DNA from: Podarcis erhardii
Lineage: Eukaryota
Strand: one strand, 5' to 3'
DNA length: 64,000 nt
Assembly: GCA_964252035.1 (NCBI GenBank)
Contig: OZ176216.1
A program made the translations under genes and the position numbers. This document shows, one piece after another, positions 13,401 through 25,744 of the stretch; the stretch's first letter is position 1; every line of letters begins with the position of its first letter. The notes under the pieces were generated by a model that saw only the letters and a list, made by a program, of their open reading frames with translations, had not been told where the DNA came from and made no database searches.

Positions 13401-14979
13401 GTCTGGCAGTGTAGTTCCAATCAGATGTCTCTGAGAAGCCAGAGCGTGAAGGCAACTGCCCTCTTCTACTGTTATTTAGTCCATACAGCCTCTGAACATT
13501 GAATTTCCTGAGTGAACTATCAGAAACAATGGGTTATTGATTATAATCTTCTCCAAGAATTTGTCTAATTCTTTCAGAAAGCAAGGTAGGTCAGCAACCC
13601 TGCATATTTTGTGGCCGTGAGTTCCACAAGTTAAAAGCAAGAGGCAATTGGTCCCTGGACCTTTGCAGGCTGTAAGCACAGAAAAGAGAGCCCTGCAAAT
13701 AGGGCACCTTGAGTGCTGCTTGATAAGATCCTTTGCAGCATTTGAAATACCTTCTGTGCTTCTGAGGGGCTTGGCTTTATCAGTTTTGTTTACACAAGAG
13801 TTGAAGGAGTTTTCCTTCACTGTCATTATTCCAGCAGGGTTGCATAAAGAGATTGGGGTAAGATTTAAGACAGGAGCCTAAGATTGGGGAGGGGAAAATG
13901 CTGGTAAGGTACATGTATCTGCTTGTGGAAATAACAACAGTAACAAACAACAACAAAAAACCAGGAGAGAATTGGGAGCTCTCATTGAAAAGGAAGTGTA
14001 AAGTTGAGTTGCCCAAGCTCTCATTCACTCTCTGTTTAGCTAACCATAATTAAAGAATGCCTGGATGATCTTAATAACACATGATTCAACTGACGAGCAC
14101 TAATTGCTCTTTATCAGGCCAAGAGAAGATGAATGTTGTCAAGAAAACCACAAGTCAGACAAGCTGATTCTCTTTTAGTCTGACACCATGTTCCCATGTA
14201 CAAACCAGTTTTTACTGGAGCCTTTCCAGCATCAAAAGCAAATCGTTGGCTTCCAATCTAATTTCTCCCTCCTTTTTTTCATTTGCTGGCAGGTTCTTGA
14301 TCACAGTGAATCGTTTTCCTTACTACTGCTGGCCTGCTAATGTGCATGCTTTTGTAAAAACAAACATAGCAGCAGGTTTGATTTTCTCTGGGTTGTTTTT
14401 TTTTTTTAAAAAAAAAAAGATTCTCCATAAATGGGAAGGAGGAATAAGTGTAGGCATGCAAAAGGACTGTGAGTTCAGGTACAAGTTCTTGTCACTCAAT
14501 AAACTTGAATAGTGGTGGCTTTGAGCACATTGAGTCGCTTAGGGCATCCTGAAAGCGGTCATTCCTGTTACAGACTCTTAATGCAGAGAAGGGAGCTTTG
14601 CCACTTATATAACATCCAGAAGCCAAGTTAAGCAATGAGGGATATGTGCTTACAGTTTTGGATCCATTTTATCACCTCCTGCAGGAGTGCATTCACGATG
14701 ATTTGAAGAGCAGTTTCAAAAACCTGCAGAAGCCAACAGGCCTCCTGTAGAGGCCTCCGAATCCCATTCATAGGATAATTTGAATCACTCTTATTTCTCA
14801 GGCACACAAGGGAATTTTTGAATTGCATATGAAGATTTTGGTCTTGGCTTGCAAAGCACAACTTGTGGGTGCAGGCAAAAGGACTGTTTCCCACTAACAG
14901 AAGTCAATTCGGGTTTTCTGCAGGATGCCTTTTGCTCCAATTCATTGGTAAAGAGTGGGTTTTAGCACGGAACACCTGG

Positions 14980-14981
<2 letters not shown>

Positions 14982-15015
<34 letters not shown>
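14982..15015. repeat. (TAA)n microsatellite
   Basis: Direct reading. Confidence 0.97.
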
Positions 15016-15016
<1 letters not shown>

Positions 15017-15390
15017 GTGCTTGGACAGGGAGCTGTAAAGCCCGGATTGTGCCTAGAAATGCAGAGCAAAGGTAACTGTAGATGAGCCCTAAGTCTGGGT
15101 GGTGATACACTCCTTTCTCCCCACAGCCCTCTCCCCACCCTCTCACTTAAGAAGTGCAGATTGCCAGCAAGTTTGGAAGACCGCTTGCTTAGCAGTTTGA
15201 GTGAGGTTCAGCTACATAGCCTCACAGGATTTTGGTGCCTGCCTGGTATGACACAAAGGAAGAACTAGGTTGGGGGCAGGAAATTCTGCCAGGGTACTAG
15301 GATTGAGTGTGATTTTTATTTTGAGAATATTTTTGTAAACTGCATTAAGAACTTCTCCGGGCTATAAAGCAGGATATAAATGCTCTAGGG

Positions 15391-16195
15391 CAGAGGTTTC
15401 CAACCTTTTCAAGTGCACGGCTCTCTTGACCAACTATATTCTTTCTGTGACACCCTGTGGGGTTCAGGAGACCAGTTATGTCACCCTTTGCCTGCAGAGC
15501 TGGCAGCCTCTCACCCTTTTTCAAACACCCTTCCTTGTGGAGGGTTCCCTCAGCCTCCTCTCCTCTCCCCTCTCCTTGGGAGTCCTCTGGGCAGCTGCTT
15601 CTTCTGCCCCTGGTCTCTGAGCTGCCTCCTCACACTGCCCCACAGGGGCCTTGGAAGAAGATGCCCCCAGTCCTAGTGGCCTAACTGGCCAAAGATGAAC
15701 ATGAGGCTGGCACCTCACCTTGTGAGGCTGCAGTGGCAGCAGCGGGTGCTGCTGGGCCTGCATGGCGTAAAGGCTCCCCTTCAGCACTGGGCACTCAGCT
15801 TCCAGGCAAGCCCTGCACACAGCAAGCACAAGAAAGGCCAGCACAGCGCCCGCCTGCCTGCCTGCCCGGTCTCCCACTTATCTGTCCATTCCCAACAGCA
15901 AAGGCTGGTGGACTGGCTGGCTGGGCTTCCTCACCCATTTTTTTCTTTCTCTGAGGCCACCTCAGCATCTGGCAAGCAGCACCCCCTGGCCAGCCCCAGA
16001 GGCACCATTTGCCTGGAGGGCTTGTAGCCAGGGCTACTGCAACAAACAGCTGCACAAAACCTTTGGGAGGCAGAGACGCGAGAGGGCATCAGAGGAGGCA
16101 GGAAAAGAGAGACAGAGGCTGGTGTAGCCCACGGCACCCTTGGCCATTATTCAAGGCACCCCAGGGTGCCATGGCACATTGGTTGAAAACCACAG
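15391..16195. mobile_element. Non-autonomous hAT (Charlie-like) element, 805 bp, GC-rich interior
   Basis: TIRs cagaggtttccaacc / ggttgaaaaccacag; 8-bp TSD CTCTAGGG (15383-15390) versus CTCTAGGT (16196-16203), fitting the NTCTAGAN-like Charlie target preference. Confidence 0.85.
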
Positions 16196-18159
16196 CTCTA
16201 GGTGAATTTGCTGCAGGAGGGAAAGGCAGTAGTGGTGAAGGATGTTTTTCCAAGGCTGACTCCTTCCTTTTCTAACCAGTTTTCAGGGAGCAAATGTGAA
16301 AGTCACATGGAAATGACTTCTGGTTGAAAGATGTCTCTGGAAAGGGTTATTCCAAGCAGCTTAAAGGCAGTGCTGGAGCCGAATGAGAGAGGAAGACGCA
16401 GACAGTTTTCTTATCTCTTTTGAAATAAACAAGCAGGGACATGGAGGATGTACTTATAATTTGATGGGCTTCCAATTCCTACAGGTAAAAAAACATGAGA
16501 CACTGAAGCTTAATTACATTTACAAATGGAGGATGATTAAACAGACAAAATGCAATGATGTTGATCTGTAGTGCCACCTAGGGTAAAAGTTGTACTTCTT
16601 GGTGCTCTACGAATGCAAACACCAGCTAACCATTCCAACCAAAACCAACAGCCATCTACAATCACCGTAAGATTCTTAAACTGAAAACTTCCCATTTATC
16701 CATGAAAGACCAAGCGCTAAAGCGGAGGCTGCACTGTGGCAAAATGTGGTTCTCTGCCCCTGGAGTCCCTGCAGTGCGGGGTAGAGATTGCAGCCCGAAA
16801 TGGGCAGGGCAGGTCTTGGCATCAAACTCTGCTTGCGTTGCAGAAATCTGATCATGCCGCATGGCCTCTGGTTTAGTCACCCATAGAATTCATTGCTTGC
16901 CTACTTGTCGTAACGCCTGGTGCACATTGCTTCCTGCTATAAGGCCAGGGCAGAGGAAGCATATGTGGAGTCTCTGCTGCCATAGATACATATGCTTGGT
17001 ACCTTGGTTGCACCACGTGCGTGACATTGGGTTGCTTTATAAAGTTGGCTAATTAGCGTGCATTTGTGCCCTTGTGGAATGTTTTGAGAGTGCTTTGCTT
17101 GCACCACTCCAATTGGAGGGTGATGGTGTGTATAGAGTTGTTGGTTGTGATGGGGATGTGTGAGTGAATTGGACTACAGTGCTAGTAACCCGATTTATGA
17201 TGGGCCAGATCATATTGTGTTCCTGGCTTGAGTCAAGCTCATCTGGGGCGGCATCCTTAAATCCTGCTTAGTGCATATGAGCAGTCTTAGGGTGGCTGTT
17301 TCCCCCCTTTTGTGAGTTGCTTTGAACGGGTGGGAAAGCTACATTTAAAGGCTTAAAATGACAGAATGCCATTTGGCTGTCTGGCAAACTGCTGAGTTGG
17401 AAGCATTCATTTTGCAAACTGTTGATTCATAGAAATGCATTGCACAGAGATGCATGGCTGGGCTTTTCTGACTGAAGAGTTTAATATTTTGCTAGAGATC
17501 TGTTTTGAGAAACAGCACTATTGTATCTCGGGGAATTGTGAGGCTTGTTGTAATACTTGGCAACAAAAACGCTCAGCACATGTTTCTTTTCATCCCCCTT
17601 TGATTCACCTCACATTCAGCAGATTCTCACTTGGTGAGTTAGATGAGGTCATCTTTGTCAGGCCATGATGCCCTGGAGCAGCTAGAATTACTTTTTTATT
17701 ATTATTATTGAGAAGCCACAATTCCACGTTCCTCCCACTGCCCCCTACACCTTTTAAGTATCTTCAACTGAGTAAAATATTTTCCATGTGGGGAAATGCA
17801 TAGGGAACATGCAAATACAAAAATGTGGTACCCATGAATTAAAGGGGGGGCGGGTTGTGATAGAATTTGACAGTTAATAGAGCTAGTTTATATAATCTGC
17901 AGAATCAAGTAGAAAAGCTCCCTGTCTGGTTTGTAAGCCTGTAGGAAGAAGGGGTTGTGTGTTTTAATGTTTGCTCACAATCTGCCCCTGCTCAAAAGGC
18001 CACCCCCCTGTATATCAAGAGGAAGGGTCCTAGCTTGGCTTTCTGCCTGATGTGCAGAAGATGCTTTCTTCAGTGGCAGAGAAGCATTTATTGATGCAGC
18101 TGCCACTATCCATGTACTAACTAGGAAAGTGATGAGAGACAAATGTTGTGTAATGGTTA

Positions 18160-18295
18160 GTGTTGGACTAGGACCCACTCAGCTATAAAGCTCACTGGGT
18201 TCTTATGAGGATAAAATTGGGGGGGGGGAATTATGTATGTCACCTTGCACTCCTTGGAGGAAAAGCGGGATATAAATGTATATTAATAATAAAAA
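18160..18295 (+). mobile_element. CORE/MIR-type SINE, internally deleted
   Basis: agtgttggactaggacc...aagctcactggg...gcactccttggaggaaaagcgggatataaat tail typical of L2/MIR ends. Confidence 0.55.
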
Positions 18296-18590
18296 TGATC
18301 TCACTTTTTCTAGTTTGATTATTTCTGAGATACAATTTGAAATTATCACTGCTTCTGTAACACTTATTTTAGCAGCATCATGATGTTCAGAATATAGAAG
18401 CAACTTTATCTAGTCCTAGACAAAAGAGCATGGTCCTTCTACATTAACTTCTAACAGGGTTACAGTGATGATAAGGTAGACTAGCCATTCTCTTCCTTTG
18501 ACTTATATCCCACCTTTGAAGAATGAAATTTCATCAGGGATAAAGCGGAATCGAGCAAAAAACACATCAAACTGAAATATATGAACAGTA

Positions 18591-18926
18591 AAAAGGTAAA
18601 GGGACCCTGGACCGATACGACTCTGGAGTTGCGGCGCTCATCTCGCTTTATTGGCAGAGGGAGCTGGCATACAGCTTCCGGGTCATGTGGCCAGCATGAC
18701 TAAGCTGCTTCTGGCAAACCAGAGCAGTGTATGGAAATGCCGTTTACCTTCCCGCCGGAGTGGTACCTATTTATCTACTTGCACTTAGACACGCTTTCGA
18801 ACTGCTAGGTTGGCAGAAGCTGGGACCAAGGAATGGGAGCTCACCTCATCGCGGGGATTCAAACTGCCAACCTTCCGATTGGCAAGCCCAAGAGGCTAAG
18901 TGGTTTAGACCACAGCTGCACCCACA
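18591..18926 (-). mobile_element. Sauria SINE with 12-bp TSD
   Basis: Reverse complement of the 4330 and 35753 copies (aaaggtaaagggaccc...tttcgaactgctaggttggcag...gtggtttagaccacagc). TSD atatgaacagta (18579-18590) / atatgagcagta (18927-18938). Confidence 0.92.
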
Positions 18927-20081
18927 ATATGAGCAGTAGCATAACTTTACTCATAAAAAAGGTCTTCAGAACTCTTCTAAAGATGAGAAAGAAAGAGGAC
19001 TTGTTGGGAAGAGAATTCTGCAACTGTGGAGCCTCCCTACCAGATCTTTGCTAAAGACAAGCCAGAGGGTGGAGCTTCTGGTGCTGATCATGGGACTTCA
19101 TACGTGCCTTTCTTTGAGCTCCATTGGGAAAAGGTGGGATATAAGGAGAATAATTGGTGCAAGGGCATGTTACATTAGGTTAGGGTTATGCATTGATGAC
19201 AACTGTGGCTTTTCTTATGCACCTTTCTTCTGTGACGCCTGTTCATCCCTTCCAGTAACACAGGAGCCTGTCCTCTGTTTTTAGGATGCCTTGGGGCAGA
19301 TCTGCCTGACAGGCTTAAACTGGTTTAATGGCTTTTCCCTTTTCCACAGCATTCTGGGATCTCTAAAGGGAGCAGGTGGGGAGCAGGGAGCTAAGGATAT
19401 ATTGAGAATGCTTCATGCCTTCACCAAACTACCATTTTCAGGATTCGTTGGGGGAAGAAATGACAGTTCAACTATTATGGAAGTGACATGTTTTTGAATG
19501 TAGTTTTGGCTTTGAGCATTGTGGCTCTGCTTTGAGAGCGAAGCTGCTTCCCAGTCATTGTTCATTCTCTCAACATGGGTAATGCACATATCTACATAGA
19601 TTTTAATCAGTCTTAAGTAGCACTTACTTCCTCTCCATCTCAGTCTCATTAAAACATTTCTTGGCACTGTGATAATTTATACTCTTAATGTTTGAGTAAT
19701 TAATGCCCATAATAATAGTTTCTGAGGACTGAGTGATGACTATGGTAGGTATTTCAATGTGGAAGGAAGATAATCTGCCCGAAAATGGCAATGCTACTTG
19801 CAGCAAGCAGTTACCAAGCTTTTAAATACTGATATTTATAAACTGCAATCATAGTTTCATATTGACATAGTTCATGTATTTAGCTGCTTCCTTAGATGCT
19901 GGGAAGAAGGTGCTTATTTATACAAAATAGCTGTATAACTTGTTCTGTTTTATATTGCTCTCGATCCTGCTCTCCTATTTCGGCTGCTCAGTTTTGTTAG
20001 AAGAATGCGTTCCCTTCAGCTTGCACACACACTCCTTTTCCTGATTCACATGACGGGACAGAGAAACGTCTGCTTCTGGGC

Positions 20082-20263
20082 AGTGGCAAACCATAATTTG
20101 CCATTTGATCTGGATGAGGCTAACTATAGTTCATGCACATTATGACTTGTGCTTGTGCCAGGATTAAGTTGTGGTTTGGAAGACTTGTTTGAGGGAATAC
20201 TCTGGTTTGTATAAATCATGGTTTGCCACATTTGGACAAAACAGAAGACTATGGTTTGCCACT
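20082..20263. repeat. Inverted-repeat-bounded element (aaaccatagttt-type family), possible MITE
   Basis: Perfect 14-bp inverted ends agtggcaaaccata / tatggtttgccact; internal catggtttgccac; similar motifs at about 2680-2780. No clear TSD. Confidence 0.5.
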
Positions 20264-23200
20264 AACTAGAAGCAGCATCTCCTTCCACTGTGTGCATGGA
20301 GAAAGGGGCAGAGTGAGAGTGTGAGCCAAGGGTTTGAGATATCAGTCATCTGAATGTGACCATTGTCTTCTGAGTCAGAGGTCAGCCTCCACTTTCCTTA
20401 TGTTAGAAATCAAGTATTTTGTGGTAGGCTCTAGGGAAGTGTCCCCAGAGGGGATGTTTTCTGCCCCAGCAGTGGGTGCTATTAGGGTGCTAATATATGC
20501 CATCTTCTGTCTAAGGGGTTATCACCTAGTGCAGAAAAACAAATCGGTGCTTCATTATCCAGAGAAAATATTTTATTAACTTAAAATGAAGAGTTTTGTG
20601 GGAAACAATCTTATGGCATAAAATAAGAAGTGTGTGTTTGGAACTAGCGTGATTTGTAAATGACACAGTTACCTATTTCCTCTTTTGTACTAGCAAAAGT
20701 TTAAAAAGTGTTGAACTTCTGAAATGGATAACGCTCTACCGGTGGTGAAAAAGACAGCAAGCTCCCATTGGAGAGAGGAGCCCAATTTAGCCAGAGTGTT
20801 GATGTCTTTGGCTTTCAGTTTGGATTGGATCTGGCAGTTGCAAAGATTGGTAGCATTATGGAAATGAGATATAGGTACTAAAAAGTGCATCTTGGACAGA
20901 TAATTTCTATGCAGATAATTTGCCATAAAAATTTATATCACAGTTCTTAAAAACGTCAGAGGTTTACTCTGTCTGGGGAAAAGTGATTTATGTGGTATTA
21001 AAACACTTTTTACGTTCCAGTCCTTTAGATTTAATGTTTATTGCCTATAAAAATGAAATCTTCCCATGGATATTCAAAAGTTTTGGTGCTTGTGTGAGTT
21101 ATATTCTCAACTTAGGAGCTTGAATTGCTGTGGAGAACACAGCAAATAAATGGCAGAATGTTGTTACCTTGGATTCTCCTGCCTAGAAAATCTTGACTTG
21201 AAATGTTAAAACTGTTTGGCAGATAGACTATGGCTGACCTTGGGAGTGGGTGACGCAAAGTTAAAATGATCAGCTTTTTCAGGAGATTGTGACATACATA
21301 CACATCACTTGTAAAGATAATTATTTCTAAGTATAATGCTAGTTGTCATGATGGTTGGTGATGGCAGTGCCATGAGAAGTATACCGCATAAGTTTTTTTT
21401 GGGGGGGTGAGGGGGTTATATACATATCTATTTGCTCTGTATACATACTCTATCCCCACCAAGACCTTGACGATTTCCCCTCACAACAGTACAGCTAGAA
21501 CTGCAAAATAAGATTTTGTCCTTGCTACAAGAGCACTGTTTTGTTTTCCTCCCATAGGATTGAATGGCGACTTTTCCTTGAGTGGAGGAAATTCAAGTAG
21601 TACTTGGGGGCACTACTATAATGGAGCTAAATCTGCTTTCTGCCCTTGGTGTGATGGCAGTATTTCGAGTGAGGAGCATTGCAAGCCCTAAATAAGTGCT
21701 GTAAACTATCTTGATAGTGTCCCAGAGGGTAGGTTATTTTTTTGAATTTAACAGGGCCCTTTAATGATCACACTCATGCTAGTCTGCATAGTCTCATCCT
21801 GAGGTATATCTTAGAAACTGATGCGTGCATATGCCTAATGGTGCTTATAACTTTACTTTCATCATTTTTATTTCACAGACTGGCAGATGCAGACGATGAT
21901 GTGGGTTGTCTTTCTGTACATATGCCCATTCCCCTTTATACTTAGACTGGATAGGTGGTCTGCAGGAAACCTGACATGCTGCATTCAGAGTTGCCAAACC
22001 TTCCCTCTCCTATACAGACTTTTTAATCAGTGTTTGAAATTAGCCAGGCGCCAGGCACATTTTGTGACTGGTTCGGGTCCAGCTGCAACCATGTGGAGAT
22101 CTCTGGATGCTAGATTGGCGACTGTGGAAAGCACAATATCACTTAGAGAAGGATCTGAAATATTTTCCTTGAAGCTTGAATTAGTTTTATTATGGATTGT
22201 TTTGTTTGATGCTGTTGATTTGACTTCGTTAATTTTGTTGAAGCTTTCCCACTTTTTTTTTCCTGGGGAGAAGGTGAGCAATCTTGCTGCAAACATTGCT
22301 ATGAAAACTTGATGGCATGGCTGCTTCCTGGGAGACCCGAAAGATGATGTGCAATATAAACTGATGTGTAAAGGAGGAGCTGGGAAATGAGAGCAGTTTT
22401 CAGTCTCTAAGAGACTGTGTACATGTGTGAGCGAAAACCAAGCATGAAAAGAATAGAAACAATTTGATTCTTCCTTTTAGCCTGGACCCAGAACAAAAGA
22501 AAAGCTTGGCAGAGTTCAGTGCAGATGGTTTGAAGGAGCAAGGCAAATGTGAACTTGAATGAGCTTGATTTTGTGTTCTCTTTTGCATTCAACAGAACTA
22601 GCGTGGAGCATAACTTGATGTGATGTTTTAAAATGTGTCGCCTTGATTCATGAAGAATATTTTACATTTAGGTGTTCTTCTTTGGCAAGACAAGGATCTC
22701 TTTAGTATGGGACTTATTCACACCTTTACTATAAATACTGCCCATGCCTCTTCAGATGATGTTCAGCTGGATTAAGAAATTGACATGTAGCTGTTATATT
22801 GGACAGGTTCAAAATCAATGAGAGATGGTATTTCCCCTTTTTTCTAATCAGTCAAGTGATAGACAGTATGTGTGTTTGGGGAAATGTGAAGAATGCTGAA
22901 ATAAGCATTACTTGTGATGCCCACATGCACTTTCACACATCAGTCTTCCTTTGCTTCTGGTGGTACTCCTTATCTATTCTGCATCTTTCTTTTTCAAAAG
23001 GCTCTGACTTTGTCAGACAAGCCTGACTCCTCCCAATTAATTTTTGAGTTATAATTGTCAGCAGTGCAACTTGAAGTAAGCACATACACCCATACATTCT
23101 AGCCAGAAACATGTACTCAGAATTGACAAGAGTTTGGTTACTCCATTAAATATGTATTTATTGCCATATTTCATTTTGGGAGATACACCCTGCCATTCAT

Positions 23201-23952
23201 TTCTAAACCCAATTCAAGCTTTAAATGTTCTGATTTTCAACTTGTTTTCCTCTCTTTGGCTCTGTGGTAGCCAGCTCCCAGTCACCCTGGGTCTGATGCC
23301 CTTCGAGGGGAGGGTGTTCCTGGTTAACAGAGTGTTTCCCCCTGCTCAGCCATACCCTTCTCCCTTAATTTGCCACCACTGGATATAATTTCTCTGCAAG
23401 GCTGCTTCTTTATCAGTCAGCATAATAACCTTCCTAAAGTCTCCTGAAGGCTCCCAAGGTAGCATAGGTTTTGACTTCCAGGCTTGAGGATGTTGAAATA
23501 AGTTTTTGAAACAAGTTCTAAAATTTACAAAGAGAAACATATGCATAAGTTACAGAAAACCAGTATATTCTCCTTTGGAGCAGAATGACAAAACAAAGTA
23601 AATTAAAATGCAATCCACTATCCCTGGGCTTCTACAATCCCTAACTCACCAGGTTCTCAGAAGAATCATCTCTTGAGTAGCAACCTTTGCTTATCATGCT
23701 GAGCCCTACCCTGAACTGCTCACCTCCCGGCTGCCCATCTGTCTATATAACTTCCCTTTGTCCATCATATATTCTTCCCATAGGCTCCAAGATCAAGGAG
23801 GTTGGGAGCTTTTAATTTTCTTGCCCCCAGACAAGAGATGTGTCATTCCTAACATCCAGAATGAAGGGCCTTGATATTTGAGCCTCAGGGCAATTGCTAG
23901 CTTTCTCAGTTAACCTTGTAATCCCCAATGAACAAACAGGTGTTTTTTTTTT

Positions 23953-23956
<4 letters not shown>

Positions 23957-23998
<42 letters not shown>
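23957..23998. repeat. (AC)n microsatellite
   Basis: Direct reading. Confidence 0.98.
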
Positions 23999-24000
<2 letters not shown>

Positions 24001-25744
24001 TACATCTCATCATATGCAGCAATCCATACAAGTATCCCAGGGAGATAAAGTCCAATTTCTTTACAGGCCTACCAGTATTTTTCCTCATGGATCCTTTACT
24101 TGCATGGTTTTAATGTTAAAGTACATTTTTTTTTTAAATGAAACTAATTGTGTTTTATTAATGCTGAAGACAGCTTTGAAGATTCCAGGAAAAAAAAGGT
24201 GGACATGAGTCTAACAAATAATATATAAAGATTTCAGGAAAGCACATATTTAAAGTTGCAAAGTGTGCCCTAGTACGGCTGCGATGAGCATCTGCAGATT
24301 GGGGAACAGGCTCCCCATGCACACTCAGCAGACAAACTGCACTCTGAGGCTTAATGCTTGCCTTGAAGCCAGCAAGGGGTGCTCAGAAAGCTAGCTTGAT
24401 GTGTGTGCTTTGGAAGAGGAAAATTCCCTCCCCTGTTTGGTTAGCGCCCCTAGTCAAGAATTCACAAACTGTACCAGGGTATGCTGATGTGATGTGAAAG
24501 AAGTATGTGTCACAAGAAATAAAAATTTAAATAGGGTCTTGTGGAACCAAAGTACCCACCCACAGAGGAGGCTACCTTTCACATCTCTACACTAATCAAG
24601 GCTTGGACCAAATATCCTTCCAGTCAGGTGATATTCCCTAGACAGTGTCTCACACACAGAAACATTGAGGATGAGCTCTTCTGTATGCAAGGATATTTTC
24701 CTTTTATACACCGCAAACAAATCCATTTGGGGAGGTCCTGTCCTAGCGAAGTGTTCTTCTGTTGAACAAGGCCTATTTGAAGCCACAGATCTGATGCTAG
24801 GAGCTAAATCTGATGCAAAAACCTATTAAAATAAAGATGTTGCTTAGCTCTGGCTGTGCAGAGTTGTTCACACAACCTTTAACCCAGAACCTAGAAGCAT
24901 GTGTGAGTTTTTCGTGGCAAACTGACCCTTGGGAGTTGCAGCATTTTCTGAGAACATGACCCCACGGTGCCCTGAGGAGCTGCAGGGAAAAAGAGCCCTT
25001 TGTGGAAAGACGGCTTGCCCCTACTCCTCCTGCCACAGTCCAGCCCTCTGCATATGGTAGGTGACTGCATCTGGTAGGAAGAATTATTCCGCCAGGGAGG
25101 GGGAGGGATGAAGTCATCTGTTCCATCAGCTTGTAAAACCGAACTAATTAACAGACAATCAGCATTGATTGAGACAGCTGCATGCTCTGGGGAGCAATTG
25201 GAAACACACACACACCCCAGCTTTGCAAAGCCGTTGTTTTGCTGCTCTTAAGACAAGGCACTGAATTTATGTCTTTGGGGTTGCTAGAGCTGGAACAAGA
25301 ACTGGAAATTATTCCTGTCCTGAGAGTTCACACACTAAATGAAAGATAGAAGCAATGTAAACAGGTGCTGGAATGCCCCCCAGAGTGATAAGACGTCAGT
25401 GTGGGTTGTCCTTTAATGTTGGTAATGTAGTTGGTCCCATATGAATAAATTACTGGATTTGTCAATGGACATATCAATAATGTTTTAGGTAGCAATTTCA
25501 GTATGTAAAAGTGTCCCGTTTCTTGGCAATTTCCTCCACAGGTTGTTGTTATAACCTCTTGTTTTCAGATGAGGAATTCATTTTGAGAGACTTTTGACAA
25601 AAGCATCAAGTTGAATTAAACTGATTTGGGCCATTGGGCCATTTACTTCAGTGTTGCCTACTGTACTGTGCATCAGTCTTTGGGGCAGAGAGAAAGGCCT
25701 TTCTCAGTTCTGCTAATTGAGATCATGGCTACCCAATATGCTAA

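Noticed and set aside
13476-13826. 116-aa minus-strand ORF with CPIC...CGTHGHKIC resembling a RING finger
   Set aside because: Ligand spacing is non-canonical, the final CxxC is missing, and there is no splice or repeat context; most likely chance.
15413-16275. Dense cluster of overlapping ORFs on both strands
   Set aside because: Explained by the GC-rich, stop-poor interior of the 805-bp hAT element.
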